A stretch of 63,748 nucleotides of DNA, the filler included, from Nemertoderma westbladi (Eukaryota; Animalia; Xenacoelomorpha), in assembly GCA_032718475.1 (NCBI GenBank). It is 3 parts of 3 records of this genome, joined end to end, with 100 filler letters (N's around TTAATTAATTAA, not from the genome) between each part and the next. Parts side by side here need not be neighbours in the genome. Positions count along the whole stretch, not along the records: positions 1 to 30,986 come from JAUCBJ010007349.1; positions 31,087 to 48,244 come from JAUCBJ010001853.1; 1 more part is not named here. One strand, 5' to 3'. Each line of letters starts with the position of its first letter. Within the stretch, counting starts at the first letter, position 1. Below, piece by piece: positions 25,275 to 37,811 of the stretch. A program made the position numbers and the translations under genes. The notes beneath the pieces are model-generated. The model made no database searches. It was given only the letters and a program-made list of their open reading frames with translations, and was not told the DNA's origin.

Positions 25275-26379
25275 TGTTCGCGCTTTTGAAGACCTTTAGC
25301 AGTTTAACCTGCCAAAATTTATATGTCTTTTAGTTAATTAACACACCTTTAGCATACGACAATATTTTATGCTAATAAACAAAACATTAGCCGAAGCCAG
25401 CCCATGCGCGATCATTCACCCGATGGATCTACACCCGGGAGGCTGAATTCGGATGCTTAGATTTTATTATTGCAGTGTAAGGTTGCAGTGTAAACCTATT
25501 GTATTATTCGATAGATCACTAATAATTAATTTCTGACAGATATTATTAACTTTCGGGAAATATTAACAGTTCCTTTAGGACGTGGCGCTCTATCTATTTA
25601 AACAGAGCTAGGACTTATACTAAACGCAACGATAAGGCTTATGATTAAAGTATAAGTCGCATTCTTTAGGAAATGCTTTGTTACCAGTCACATCACACTC
25701 ACAATCATGCACACTATTCTGCCGACCGTCAGTATATTTGATCACACATAAAGAGAACAGCAATTGACTCAGGTAGTGTCTACTAAATAACATTAGATTC
25801 AATACACACCACATTGATATAAATCGCAATTGTTATATATAGCCCGCCTCTCTAACCTGTAGTGTATCAAGAAAATTGGGAATTTTGGGTGATTTATCCG
25901 TATTCTCCAAAGAGCAATATTTCCATCAACAAATAGATACAATTAATAACTGACGGTAAATAGCAGTACAAACAATATGATTAGTGCAGTTAAATTAAGT
26001 GAGGTAACACCGCCGGTAACAGTTATACTTTCTATAATCTAAGCAGTTTTACTAGAGTTCTTAGAGCCGGTGTTTCTGGCTTAGACAGCAATAACAACAA
26101 AGTATCAAGTAAGGCAGTAAGACTGAACACTCTCCTTATGATCGGCTGAAAAGCTACACGTCGACAGGAAAAATCGCTCTGATTGGCTCAAGCCAAACAA
26201 AGAACTATGCGTCCAATGGCTGTTTCCATGTCAGCAACCAGCTGTTAGATGTCGTAATATGAATCATCACGGCTAAGCTGTGAAAGGTAGTTGGTGCATT
26301 ACAGGTTTTTTGCCTTACCATGTCCGCCAAAACACGTATATAGCAGAATGACTTTTATGTCCGTTAAAACACCTGTAAC
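25275..26379. repeat. LTR-like direct repeat, left copy
   Basis: Starts TGTTCGCGC and is colinear over about 1.1 kb with 35176-36339, with many substitutions (roughly 75-80% identity by eye). Confidence 0.75.
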
Positions 26380-26581
26380 GGTACCTTGCGGGCGAGGGGA
26401 ATATATATACAGTTAGAGAACCTTTTTAGAGTATTCCAGCGCCTGGGGGGAAACTGGATTGCGAAGCAAAAGGGGCCAGTTATATCCCACAGAAGCTTTT
26501 ACACCGCTCCCAGAAAATGGGATTTGAGTCTATAAATATACAAAAATCACAGTTTCTAATATACGTAAATACTCTAAACAG

Positions 26582-28031
26582 TTAGTCTTTCTTGCGCGGA
26601 CGGCGTTTACGCAGTTTTTTAAAGCTAGCAAGAGTCCTTTTCTCTTTGGGGCGAGCCACTTTACGAGGAGGGCTATAACTCCTGGGTGAAGGGTGCAATA
26701 TGATTGCATCAGAAGGTATGGGATTGCGATCGGTATATCCGCCGGTCGAAGTACCGGGTTGATTGACATCAACGTCCGGGGAGAGGGGTCTAACGGCTTT
26801 GAGAGCTCGTTTCAAGACAGCCGCTCTTACGGGTCCTTTACGAGTGGTCTGAACGAGGGCCGTGGGTGGACCATAGGCAGTTAGAAACTTCCTTGGTTTA
26901 ATGGTTCTTTCCAACTCGCGTTCGCGGGCTCTGTACTCGCAAGGCCGTCGATATACTTCCTGTAACTCAGGGTGTGAGTTGACAAATAAGTCTCCATAGG
27001 CCGGATCTTGACGGATAAAGTTTATTAAGTTATACGAATTGATGTCACTCGGATTAATGCTCCTGAGGAATTTGCGTACATATTTGGTTGAAATACATTC
27101 TCCAGCGCGCTTCAATAGTTCATAACTTGATAGGCGTGATTTTTGCTCGACGGAGGCAAACAAATATGGATGGAACGCATAAACTCCTTCGTAGGCGCGT
27201 CCAGGATAATAGCGATGGCGTGAATCACAATGTAAATCAGCGTTCGCTTCCCAAGCTCTGATATAACGTAGTGTGATCATTTCATCTACGCTTTCCAAAT
27301 CGCGATTAAAAGGGCAATCGAAACTGGCATGTCCCTTTAGTGGACAGTGGTGACATTGAGTCATAAATTGAGGGCAAACCGTAAAAATATGCAAATTATT
27401 AAATCTGCAATACGCTCAATAAATTTCCATCGCCGGTTGTTTGTGGAAATAGGAACAGCGGACGTTTGTGTCCATGGGCGTAACAGGGTCTCTCGATGCG
27501 CATAACCGACAACGTTGCCGAGAAACATAGTTGGCATGGCGATAATCGTACGCAGTGAGACACTGTGGACCTTGATACCATTCTAGGATGTAATCGTTGT
27601 CGCTGTTCCGAGCGCGATAGGCTGAATCTCCTCAGATTCTAGGCATATTGGTTCGTCTTCCCAGTCTGTTACGAATAGAATTTTCGTGATCTATTCTCGG
27701 TTTATCGTTACGACTCCGCTGGGTATGATATTTAAATAGAACCATTTCCCTTTAGGGTGTCTACATCGTCCGTATCATGTAAATCGATAGGATGGCCGGT
27801 AGTTAAGAAGTCCATATACGTACCATTACGATGCGTATAGCGAGCGGTTAATTTTCGATAGTCCAATTCACGCGTAAGTTGCTCTTGGGACATCGGCGGT
27901 TCGATATAACGACCATCGTCCTCCGTAATAGTCGGATCGGCTTCACCGCGTATCAAGCTATCCACAAACGCTTGTAAAGGTAGAGTATATCGCTCTCTAA
28001 TACCAAGGTCATCTTCTATTAATTCCGTCAT
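26582..28031 (-). pseudogene. Accessory ORF (~480 aa reconstructed) with tandem CCHC zinc knuckles
   Basis: ORF 27732-28031 joins by a 1-nt frameshift near 27750 to the frame of 26582-27394, through TGA stops at 27632-27634 and 27416-27418. Contains CRLC, *AYCRFNNLHIFTVC and CHHCPLKGHASFDC (CX2CX4HX4C), with a basic C-tail. Confidence 0.7.
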
Positions 28032-29652
28032 ATCTGCTATCTGAGTTTATTAATATTAGTATGAGTCAATATTTAGGCAAGCGGGCGTCGCTGCCTACTA
28101 GTCTTTGACCCCGGACAGTGGGTTTCTCAGCGCCGATGTACCGTTGTCGCGGTGTTTGCGCCAACATGTAGCAACAGCACGACAACGATAATCGACACAA
28201 GTCCCACCACTGTCCGTCCCAAAGGCTTGAATCCACTTGAGGTTATCTCGGTAGAGTTAGGCTACTTTACAATTGCGATTAGCTACTGTAAACACACTTT
28301 AGTAGTATCATTCACCTATAAACGCACAAATTCCATACAATCATTACTTACTGCACACATGCATGCCATTTGTCCGTTAGTCAATGTCTTCCAGAATGTC
28401 ACGTTATTACTATGTATCCTTGGATACTAATAGTGCGCTATGTATACTCTTATGCTACGCAATGGGGCAAGCTTTTTATTGGTCCTTTAACTTGTTTCTA
28501 ATTCTAGCGTGGGTGTTGCCATGGTGACATTATGGAAAACTAGCGGTAGAATTAGGGCAATTCTCATGTATACAGATCTGGGATGTTATTTAATAGTAAT
28601 TCTTTAATTGTCAATATCCTCTTTATGCATGATTTTATAAATTTTATCGGCTATTGACTATATGTTGGAGATTCTCGCACTCTAGTACACTCAATATGAA
28701 TCTCCGCTCCCATGATCTATTAATTACTGGAATTTTGGGAATGTTATAAATTGCACAAAATGACAATTTATGAAATTCATTGGAATATGAATTTAAATTT
28801 ATTCCCGTGAATTTTATTATTTGATGTTAAAATTGACACAATTTGATTCCAGAGCAGGTCTGGGGACATAGGATCCTGAATTCTATGAAATTTGTCTTTT
28901 TAAGAGTATCGGTAAGTGCTGCGATATCTTAATTGACTAGAAATTTTAAAGGATCGGAATTTTACAGATTTTAATAAATATTAAATTAATATTTTGGATG
29001 GGCACCGATTTATTCCAGAACTTGTCTGGGGACGTTAACCACTGATTCTAGAATTTGTCTTTCAAGTATATCGGTGGGTGCCACGATATCTTAATCGACT
29101 AGAATTACAGATGGTCAAAAAGTTTAACAGATTTATTTGCGATTTACGCTACTGTTAGAGGGACATCACGCTACTATATGTATTATTTAATATAAGGTAG
29201 AAGAGCAATATCGCACAAAGCAATGTCAGTGTGAAGAGGCAAGTCGTTTCCAAGGTCTACCCAGAGCTTGGTTTAGCCGAGACACGAGGATCTGAACTTT
29301 GCATTCCTAATACTCTGCCTACCAATAATACTTAAATATAGTAGTGGCTTTATTGTACTTTAAGAAGTACTGACATGTCATCTTACTATAGTCTCGCATT
29401 TATAATATAATACGGACAGTAAGGAAAGAGAAAATAATTACTTCTTGCCGTCGCACTAAATATATATTATAAGTAATTATGTACGTAATAAACACTAATA
29501 TATTGCACTAATTTACTAAATATTCTAAAATAACATTTTACTAAATAAAATTAAATAAAACGATTATAATAAAATTACATAATAATACATACATAAATAT
29601 AAAATAAAAACAAATATAAAATGATATAGTCACACACCCACTCCATATGTTA

Positions 29653-30986
29653 TTATGTTATGGAGTCCCTAGATATTTGTCGGATTAGGGAAGTGGTCGT
29701 AGGAAGAGTATCTTGCCTTCCATAGTTTCCGGACAGTTTTTGGTCTCTTTCCAGTAAACATAAACGACCAGCTGGGTGATTGGGTTGTCGTGTTACTTTC
29801 TCCGCTCCCTTGGCCTGTCTAATCTCAGCCGAGTTAAGGTGGGGAGGCCATTCATCTTCTTCTTTACTTAGGGAGTCGGGTCCACCTAACCAGCCGGGAG
29901 TATCTATCCGTTCTTGAGGAGTCGCTCCTCTGGAAGCGATGTCGGCTAGATTAATCATCTCGGGGCGATGTCTCCATTGTTCTTCATTGGAGTTAATATC
30001 GTCATTATCTGAGGAGTATGGTGTTCCCTCAGTTAGTTCGTCCACTTCACTGCTCCCCACTTCCCAACCATTTATCTGGCATATTCTTTCTGGTGGTAGT
30101 CTCTCTTCGAGAGTTCTGCGGGAAGGGCCAGTAAAGTACCAACCTACTCTAGTTCTTACCGCAAGGGTTTGTAGTGGCTGCGGTTGAGCAGGTCGTTTTT
30201 CTAATGGCTCGAGCGCCTCATGCGCGTTTTGGCCGATGAGTATTTGCACTCCAGGATAATCGGTTTGGAATCGAGGTATCTCAAGATGTTGGATGCACTC
30301 GTCCTCGTCCCAGTTATAAGGTTCTGCTTGAGTAGTAGCAAAGTTCTTTATAGCCACCATTTTTACTGACCTTATACCTTGTGTTCCTAACTTATCCTGG
30401 GGGGTGGACAACACACCTACATAGTAATCTGCCGTTAGGGTAGATTTCCAAACCTGCATAATTCCTGACATATTCAGTTTAGTCCGGAACTTGGGTTGTC
30501 CAGCAAAGATATCTTCGGCTAGTTCTTGATTGATGAATGTTCCTGTGCTGCCGGAGTCAAGGAGGGCGTTCACTATGTAGCTTTTGTTAAGACCGTGAAC
30601 TCTTACTTGAACTACAGGAAATTCTCTGATTCCTACGTTGGAAGCTGGAGCTTTCCAAGATGGTTGTTTGGCGAAAGTAGTTGGGGGAAACTCATCGTTG
30701 ATGTCCTTTTCGTAAGTAAGTGCTCGATACACTGCGGTATTTATTAGATAACAGGATTCGTTGGCATCGGAGAATTCGTCCGTATAGAATCCTTCCCACT
30801 CAGAACTTTGGTCAGTGTCGTTCACATCACTGAATTGGACATGTGATTTGGGCTCACTTACCTGACTCGGGCTGTTTCGTTCGAATTCCGTGTGTAACAA
30901 GCTATGGTGTTTCGCGCCGCACTTAGCACACCTTGCGTCAGAGTAACAGGTTCGCCGCTGGTGTCCGCGTCTGAGACAGTTATAAC
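29653..30986 (-). CDS. BEL/Pao gag zinc knuckles + aspartic protease (5' end runs into the gap)
   Basis: The frame extends to the gap as (C)YNCLRRGHQRRTC...CAKCGAKHHSLLH. Protease motifs ALLDSGS-TFI, ILIGQN, TRVGW. Stops at 29653 with no RT. Confidence 0.88.
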
Positions 30987-31086
30987 NNNNNNNNNNNNNN
31001 NNNNNNNNNNNNNNNNNNNNNNNNNNNNNNTTAATTAATTAANNNNNNNNNNNNNNNNNNNNNNNNNNNNNNNNNNNNNNNNNNNN
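30987..31086. other. Artificial contig spacer
   Basis: 44 N + TTAATTAATTAA (stops in all six frames) + 44 N = 100 bp. Confidence 0.97.
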
Positions 31087-33006
31087 ATCCGGGGCAGTTC
31101 TACGGGGCACAGGTAGCTTAGTGCTATGCAAAGGGAATTTAGAGGTAGTCTCAGGGAGCACAGGTATGTCTATCACCGAAGGGGTGATTTCAAGAACAGG
31201 CCTAATTATTTCAGGCTCATCTACTATAGTAGGGAGTCTTTCTATTTTAATTATTTGGTCTGTGGGCTCTGTACTACTTAAGTTGGTGTTATTTAGTTGC
31301 CTTCTAACAGCTGGAGGCAAATCAGGCAATTTCTGACGGTGGAATGTTCTTTTACGTCTGCTTAAACGAGATCTATTTCCTTTGCCTTCAGTATCGGTGG
31401 TATCGCCTTCTTCAGATGATGTATACCCCTGTCTTTTGGGAGTAGATCGACTCATCATCTGCATATTACTAGCTGTTAACTGTTTATTGAAGTTGTCTTG
31501 CCTCTCTTGAAGATTTTCCAACTCTAGTTGGGTTGCCTCTTCAGATGCCCTCCGTTCTGCTTCTACCACTGCCTCTGCTGTTGCCAGTGCCGCCTTTCTT
31601 TCTGCTTCGGCCGCTGCCTTTGCTGCTGCTACTGCCGCTTTTGCCTCTGCCGCTGCCACTGCCGCTGCCGCTTTTGTTTCTGCTTCTGCAGCTGCCTTTG
31701 CTGCTTTTGTTTCTGCTTCTGCAGCTGCCTTTGCTGCTGCTACTGCCGCTTTTTCCTCTGCCGCTGCCACTGCCGCTGCCGCTTTTGTTTCTGCTTCTGC
31801 AGCTGCCACTGCTGCTGCTACTGCCGCTGCCTTTCTGTCTTCTATACGTTTTTTCTTTACTTGTTCTTCCTGGACCTTAACGACGCGGAGTTGTTCATCG
31901 AATTTAGCTTGATTAGCCGCTAACCTATCCACGTCGATGGCGTCAAGCACACGCTGTGCTCCTTCACTATTAGGGCTAAGTCCCTCTAGTCTTCTCCGCA
32001 ACTCTTCATCACCTACAAAACGTTGATAGTCTGACAGATAGATGTCAATGGCATCCCTCTTATGCGGTTTCTCTGCCGTCGCTTCACTTTCCACTTGGGA
32101 AAAAGTAGCGTCTGTTGATTCTCCATGGGTTGATCGCTCCTCTAGCTGAGCTTTCCACTGAGCAGTTCCTTGAACCTGGAGATTCACCCTTTGAAACCAA
32201 GTCTTGACGGCGACTTGCAACGACGTGTCTTGTCTTCGTTTAGAAGCCTCCTCAAAGGCCGATAATATTAGCCTGATCCGCAGAACTCTTTCTCTAACTT
32301 GATAAAGCAGCGATCCCTGCTCTTGAGGTCCTTGAGGTTGTTGAAAAAGTTGCTTTTCTATTCGCTCCATAGAGCTGAAGAATCCCTGTGCGTATCCGGC
32401 TGCGGACCTCTTCCACACAGCTGGATCGATGGTTTCCTTGGCTACTCCCATCCGGTGTATGTCTTCCCAGGCAGCTTCTGATAAATCAAACGGGAGTCCG
32501 GGTCCGGGGAAGTTCCATTGCGACTCGACAATAGACTTCAGTTCTTCACTAGTGTATCCCGCGTAGTTATCTCTAGTTGACCGTTGACTTCTCGCCCAAT
32601 CAATCTGGTGTTCTTCCACCGCGATCAATAACCCAGCGAGCACAGCTGCAGGAAGGATGAGAAGGGGATCCGTATAAACCGCATCCGTCATCTCTGCTCC
32701 GCTCTCGGGTGTCAGCTCTACAGTATCCTCACTACTGGAGCTGCTGGGCCGCTGAGGCATAAGTCCTTGACTAGCGGGTTGTTGCTGTTCCGCTGCTTGT
32801 TGGTCCCGCTTGACCTGAGCTCGAGTGCCTATGATAGACCTACGATGTTGGACTAGCCTAGGTTCTGTTATTACTACTGGAGGGATGACCTTCCTCACAG
32901 TGGGAGGTGAACTGGATTTACGACCAGACGTTTGTACGTCTCTATCTGAGTCGCAGATAGTTACATCTAATAAACTGTCTGACAGGTTCTGCTTAGTATC
33001 AGACAT
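31087..33006 (-). CDS. Probable gag N-terminal region (>640 aa) with Ala/Glu/Lys-rich coiled-coil repeats; truncated at the gap
   Basis: Long intact ORF on the same strand and upstream of the knuckle/protease ORF, internal to the LTR-like repeat. AAAEAETKAAA repeats. No catalytic motif recognised. Confidence 0.65.
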
Positions 33007-34382
33007 GACTATGTATACCGTTGAATGTCTACTGCTGTATTACAGTCTAAGCAAGTCTAGTAACTCAGTATGAACTGCTAGCCTAGTAATTAATTACCGT
33101 TACTGCTACTCAGTGTAGCGTGATATATATATAATATATTAGAATACCGGTATACTTATAGTATATATAACTATATAAGTATTATTACAGACTAGGTTTA
33201 TCACAGAATACCGGTATAATTTTAGCACAAATATATATAAATATATAATAGGCCTATCGGAATACCGGTATACAGCTTACAGTTTGTAGGATATATAATT
33301 CTGAAATAGAATTAATTACAAGTACCGGTATAATTTCAGCCTAGATTTATAGAAATAAAGATAATAGGCCTATCGTAAATACCGGTATATCAATTATTTC
33401 AAATAATTGAATTTCTGTTACTTTAGGGTTACTTTGTTACTTTACTTACTTTTTTACCGTTATTTGAGCAGTAATCCAACTGATATTGAGACCTAATTGT
33501 TATATGGTAGGCCTACTATTTATAAATCGTTAGATTTGATTTATAATTTATATATACCCGTTTTAATGGGTTTTGTCAATGTTTGAAATAAATGTTATTA
33601 TTTCTGGGGGTAATCACTACACAAAGCGGTGCGCTTTCAGTGAAGTGTTACTTATAGACACTAAAACAAATATTACTAATTTACCTAAGTTACTTAATAC
33701 TACAAATTACGTACAATTCGGGTGAGATTACAATCTCTAAATAAATGCAAAAATTTACAAAAAACACAAAATACGAATTTTTAGGGTAATTTTACAAGAA
33801 GTCTACAAACCAGCCTAACAAAGGGTTAGATAACTGATTATTACAACGGACAGGGTACTACGGTATTTGAAATAATAAGTAGTAGTAAATACACTGCGTT
33901 GTCTAGATAGGAAAATACCACCGCCTGACGACCTATAGCCGTATCGCTATAGGTTCTACGTTATGTATCACGGAGTGTTCCTACCTAGAAGTTAATAGAG
34001 CTAATCGAATGTGCCTATCAACCACTTTACAACACAAATATAATGCCTACAATAATTACTTCGGAAAGTACTATACACTAAACCCTAAATTAGGTACGAG
34101 TACTTGTATAACAAATAATCAGTAGTTAAATATACTTGAACAGCTAAAAGAACCACGGCATCTGCTGGAGTGACCGATGCACAAAATCACCAGTCTTTAC
34201 CTACGCCGAGCAGCCCGTGTAGTACCGAGGTTAATTTAACTATAGCGGTATGTATAACAAACACAATTACTGTAGGAACAAACTTGGGGACTTGAATGTT
34301 GCGAATAATCGCATAAACTCTGAATAATAAATATTACGCTACGCGTACAAACTACTCAAACAAAATACAGACCGAACACTGA

Positions 34383-34893
34383 CAGACTACTATCAAGCCT
34401 AAACAAACTACGGTATATGCAGACTCCGAAATGATTAGGGAGTATGCGCTCTAACCCAGTAGTGCGACTTATTCTTTAGTTGGGGGTTTACCTTACAGCG
34501 TTCGCTGCCCCTACTGCCTAATCGTACTTAATCGGACAGATGATCTACACACGCGGCAATCCGTTCAGACCTAATAACAGCCAGACAACTATCCAGCCTA
34601 CAAATTATTTAAATAAAATTATACGCTACCCGTACAGACTTACACAAACAAAGTACAGACTAAACGATGGCAGACTACTCTCAAGCCTAAATAAACTACA
34701 GGACATGCAGACTCCGAAATGATTAGGGAGTATGCGCTCTAACCCAGTAGTGCGACTTATTCTTTAGTTGGGGGTTTACCTTACAGCGTTGCTGCCCCTA
34801 CTTCCTAACCGTACTTAATCGGACAAGTGCTCTACACACACTGCAATTCGTTCGGACTTAACAGCAATCAGACAACAGCTCAGCCTACAAATT
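34383..34893. repeat. ~288-bp tandem duplication in the element's long 5' leader
   Basis: ATGCAGACTCCGAAATGATTAGGGAGTATGCGC occurs at 34417 and 34705, with colinear flanks. Confidence 0.88.
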
Positions 34894-35175
34894 GTCTGTA
34901 CAATCTGATCAGGTTTACACGCCTTCTGTTCAATACTGGCCTACAAACAAATAAAACTGACAGAAATAGGCCTAAGTAAAATCCCAATAAAAACCAGGCG
35001 TCCCCGATTAATTATTAAGACCTACCGGCATATATAATCAAATCGAATAATACTGCTGTACTTATACGGAAGTAGGTACCGGTCCGGATGATCAGGCAGT
35101 CAGGCCTACTGGTTACCGGTCGACCGATACTTTCGACTTTATTGCTTACTGCAATAAAGAAGCAATATCCTTTAA

Positions 35176-36339
35176 TGTTCGCGCTTTCAGACCTTTGGCA
35201 GTTTAACCCACCAAATTAAGATGTCTTCTAGATATTAAATCTGCTTTTAGTCTATGACAAGTATTTTATTCACTACACTAGTCGAAACCAATCCGTGCGC
35301 GACCATTCACCCGCTGGATATTCCCGGGAGATTGGGTTCGACGGTTTAATTTTTATTGCTATGTAAGCCTAATGTATTATTCGACTGACAGTATTATATA
35401 ATCTCTGACAATATTATTCACCTTCGGTAATATTAACAGTTCCTTTAGGACGTGGCGCTTTATCTATATAAACAGAGTTATGACTTAAACTACTCACAAC
35501 GATATGGCTTAATTATAATCCACATATATGACGCATTCTTTAGGAATTGCTTCTTTAACAGACTCACTCATACACTATGCTGCACAATACTGCACACTAA
35601 TCTGCCAATCTTCACTGATTTTAGTCACATATAAAAGGAACACAGACTGAATCATGTAGGGTCTATCAAATAACATTAGATTCACTTCAAACCACTTTAA
35701 CATAAGTCACAATCGTTTATTTGTAACCCTTCTCTCTTACCTTAGGTATATCAAGAATATTGGGTTTAGGGGTTGTTTATCGTTATTCCAAATATAATTA
35801 TTCATCAACCATATTATGAAGAACTGACGGTAAATAGCAGTATAAAACAACAATGAAAACACTGATTGTTATGAGTTTGCAATGTTTCAGCAGTCAGCAT
35901 GTATGATCAGTCAGCAGTCATCAGGAGTCGTTAGGTATGTTAAATTGCTGCAGTCCGTTAAAGGATATATGCCCTTTATAATTAAACCTACTAGTGTACG
36001 ACTAAAAAACAGTAAGGCACAAAAATACTTCCAAGCCGTTCTTTCTTTGGCTCAAGACTCAATGTAAACACTGCACATAGGCATTGCGTCATTTCTCGGA
36101 AATTTTCTGTACAAGGAGCCACAAAAACGCTCTCATTGGCTGACTGAACTGAGAGACGCCGTAGAACAAAGGAAATCAACACGTATGAATGTCAGCTGTT
36201 AACCGTAGTCATAGTAACTACTGTTCAAGAGTAGCTATCACCCTTTTGCGTCACGAATTGCCATAGAATCATAAAATATGCCTTTCACAGTACACATACG
36301 GAGGAAATAGGTCTTAGATCCTCTAAAAACACCGATACA
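35176..36339. repeat. LTR-like direct repeat, right copy
   Basis: TGTTCGCGC...GATACA (TG...CA ends), colinear with 25275-26379. Confidence 0.75.
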
Positions 36340-37061
36340 GCAATAATACGGTCTCTTACACTTATTAAATCAACTACAGAGTATTTTAATGTAAGAGATA
36401 ATAAAAATAACGGGGCAATTCAGCAAAGGCTTTTACAAAAAGTTTGACTGAGTCTGAGGCCGCATGGATTGCTTGAAACCCCCCAAGGATCTGCTCAATC
36501 AACTCAGTCTGATCCATCCTTCTGTGGATATTCAGAGAGCAGAATGACAATATCAAAACGCCATTAATATAGAGGTCTATCTATATACTGCCAGTACTGC
36601 CATGCATTCTATCTTTCAATCAGTACCGGTAACCACAGTTACTCATAAACCAGTTTACTGCAATATTTAAAGCTAGGTTATCAACATTATATAGAAACAA
36701 AACAGTAACCCTCCACTGGATGTTCTGAATATGAGGATATATGAAAATGATTATATTGGTCTATTGCAGCAGCGGGTAAAAAAACTAGCACTACTACAAT
36801 TCAAGCGCATCTACTATCCAAACATAATGAATTGGAACACTGCACGCACATATACCATCATCACCTACACACATGCACATAATAGCCAAAAAATTAGAAA
36901 TCTATAACATGTTCCTGTTCCAGTCAAAAAACATATTCAGAACTCATTCTACATCGAAGATAACAATTTGAATAAAGATGAAGGAAATTTTGCAAAAAAA
37001 ATTATCATGCAGAAACAAATACAAATTAATTGTAAGGTCCTGGTATTGGTAATATTGCCAG

Positions 37062-37811
37062 GTCTACCCAAATGGCGACGTTTATTACAACACCCGTGTT
37101 CCCATAGTTGCGGGGTGCCAATATGATCTGGCCTACTTCCCTCTAGACTCCCAGATCTGCCCCATTATCCTCGAGAGTTACAGCTATTCGGAGGAACATG
37201 TTTATTTCGACTTCTTTGCAATGAGCGAATCAAATCTAGGAGCAGAAGTTGTTGCCGACATTGAGATGCCGAGCCATGAGACCATCCGAGCCGGAAACTT
37301 AACATTCATACGGGAGTCAAGCCAAACACCTAGCGGTATCTTCTCGACTCTCCGAATCTACATCCCACTCAACCGACTCATCAGCTACTACGCTATCAGT
37401 GCATTCGTCCCACTCAACCTAATCGTTGTAATGTCTTGGGTTGGATTCTGGGTTGACTACCGGGCTGTACCAGCACGAGCCTCTATCAGTATTACTAGTG
37501 TCCTCACCCTCCTCACCCTCAGTCTCAACACCTACAACCGACTTCCCAAGGTCTCCTACATCAAGGCCCTAGATGTCGCTTTTGCAGCTGGGTTGCTGTG
37601 GGTTTTCGCAACCCTTGTTCAGTTTGCAGCAGTGTGCCACTGCGATATTGTTTTTAAACGCAAAACCCACTCAGTTGACTCCACTAACTATAAAGCCATC
37701 CGTCTCGACAAAATTGCTCGAATTATCTTCCCTACAAGCTATATTATGTGTACCTTCATATATTGTCTGGTGTACTTCATATTAGCTGTCCAGCCAAAGA
37801 ATCTGTATTAA
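37062..37811 (+). CDS. Cys-loop ligand-gated anion channel subunit (GABA-A/GlyR superfamily), 3' portion only
   Basis: The frame extends upstream of the ORF call: VYPNGDVYYNTRV...CQYDLAYFPLDSQIC (C-x13-C) ILESYSY. M1 SWVGFW, M2 VPARASISITSVLTL, LPKVSYIKALDV, M4 LDKIARIIFP. In-frame TAA at 37050 and a possible acceptor CCAG ending 37061. N-terminal part not located. Confidence 0.9.
   Translation, partial: VYPNGDVYYNTRVPIVAGCQYDLAYFPLDSQICPIILESYSYSEEHVYFDFFAMSESNLGAEVVADIEMPSHETIRAGNLTFIRESSQTPSGIFSTLRIYIPLNRLISYYAISAFVPLNLIVVMSWVGFWVDYRAVPARASISITSVLTLLTLSLNTYNRLPKVSYIKALDVAFAAGLLWVFATLVQFAAVCHCDIVFKRKTHSVDSTNYKAIRLDKIARIIFPTSYIMCTFIYCLVYFILAVQPKNLY

Larger units (their letters stand above)
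25275..36339 (-). mobile_element. BEL/Pao-type LTR retroelement (gag-protease, no RT/RNaseH/IN seen), spanning an assembly spacer
   Basis: LTR-like repeats flank a gag-like ORF, BEL-type zinc knuckles, an aspartic protease and an extra ORF. No convincing TSD, PBS or PPT found. The two halves may be different copies. Confidence 0.7.

Noticed and set aside
31031-31042. TTAATTAATTAA palindrome (also 48289-48300)
   Set aside because: Assembly linker centred in N runs; not biological.
31528-31923. Cys-rich and Leu/Pro-rich ORFs
   Set aside because: Antisense shadows of the Ala-rich gag-like repeat.
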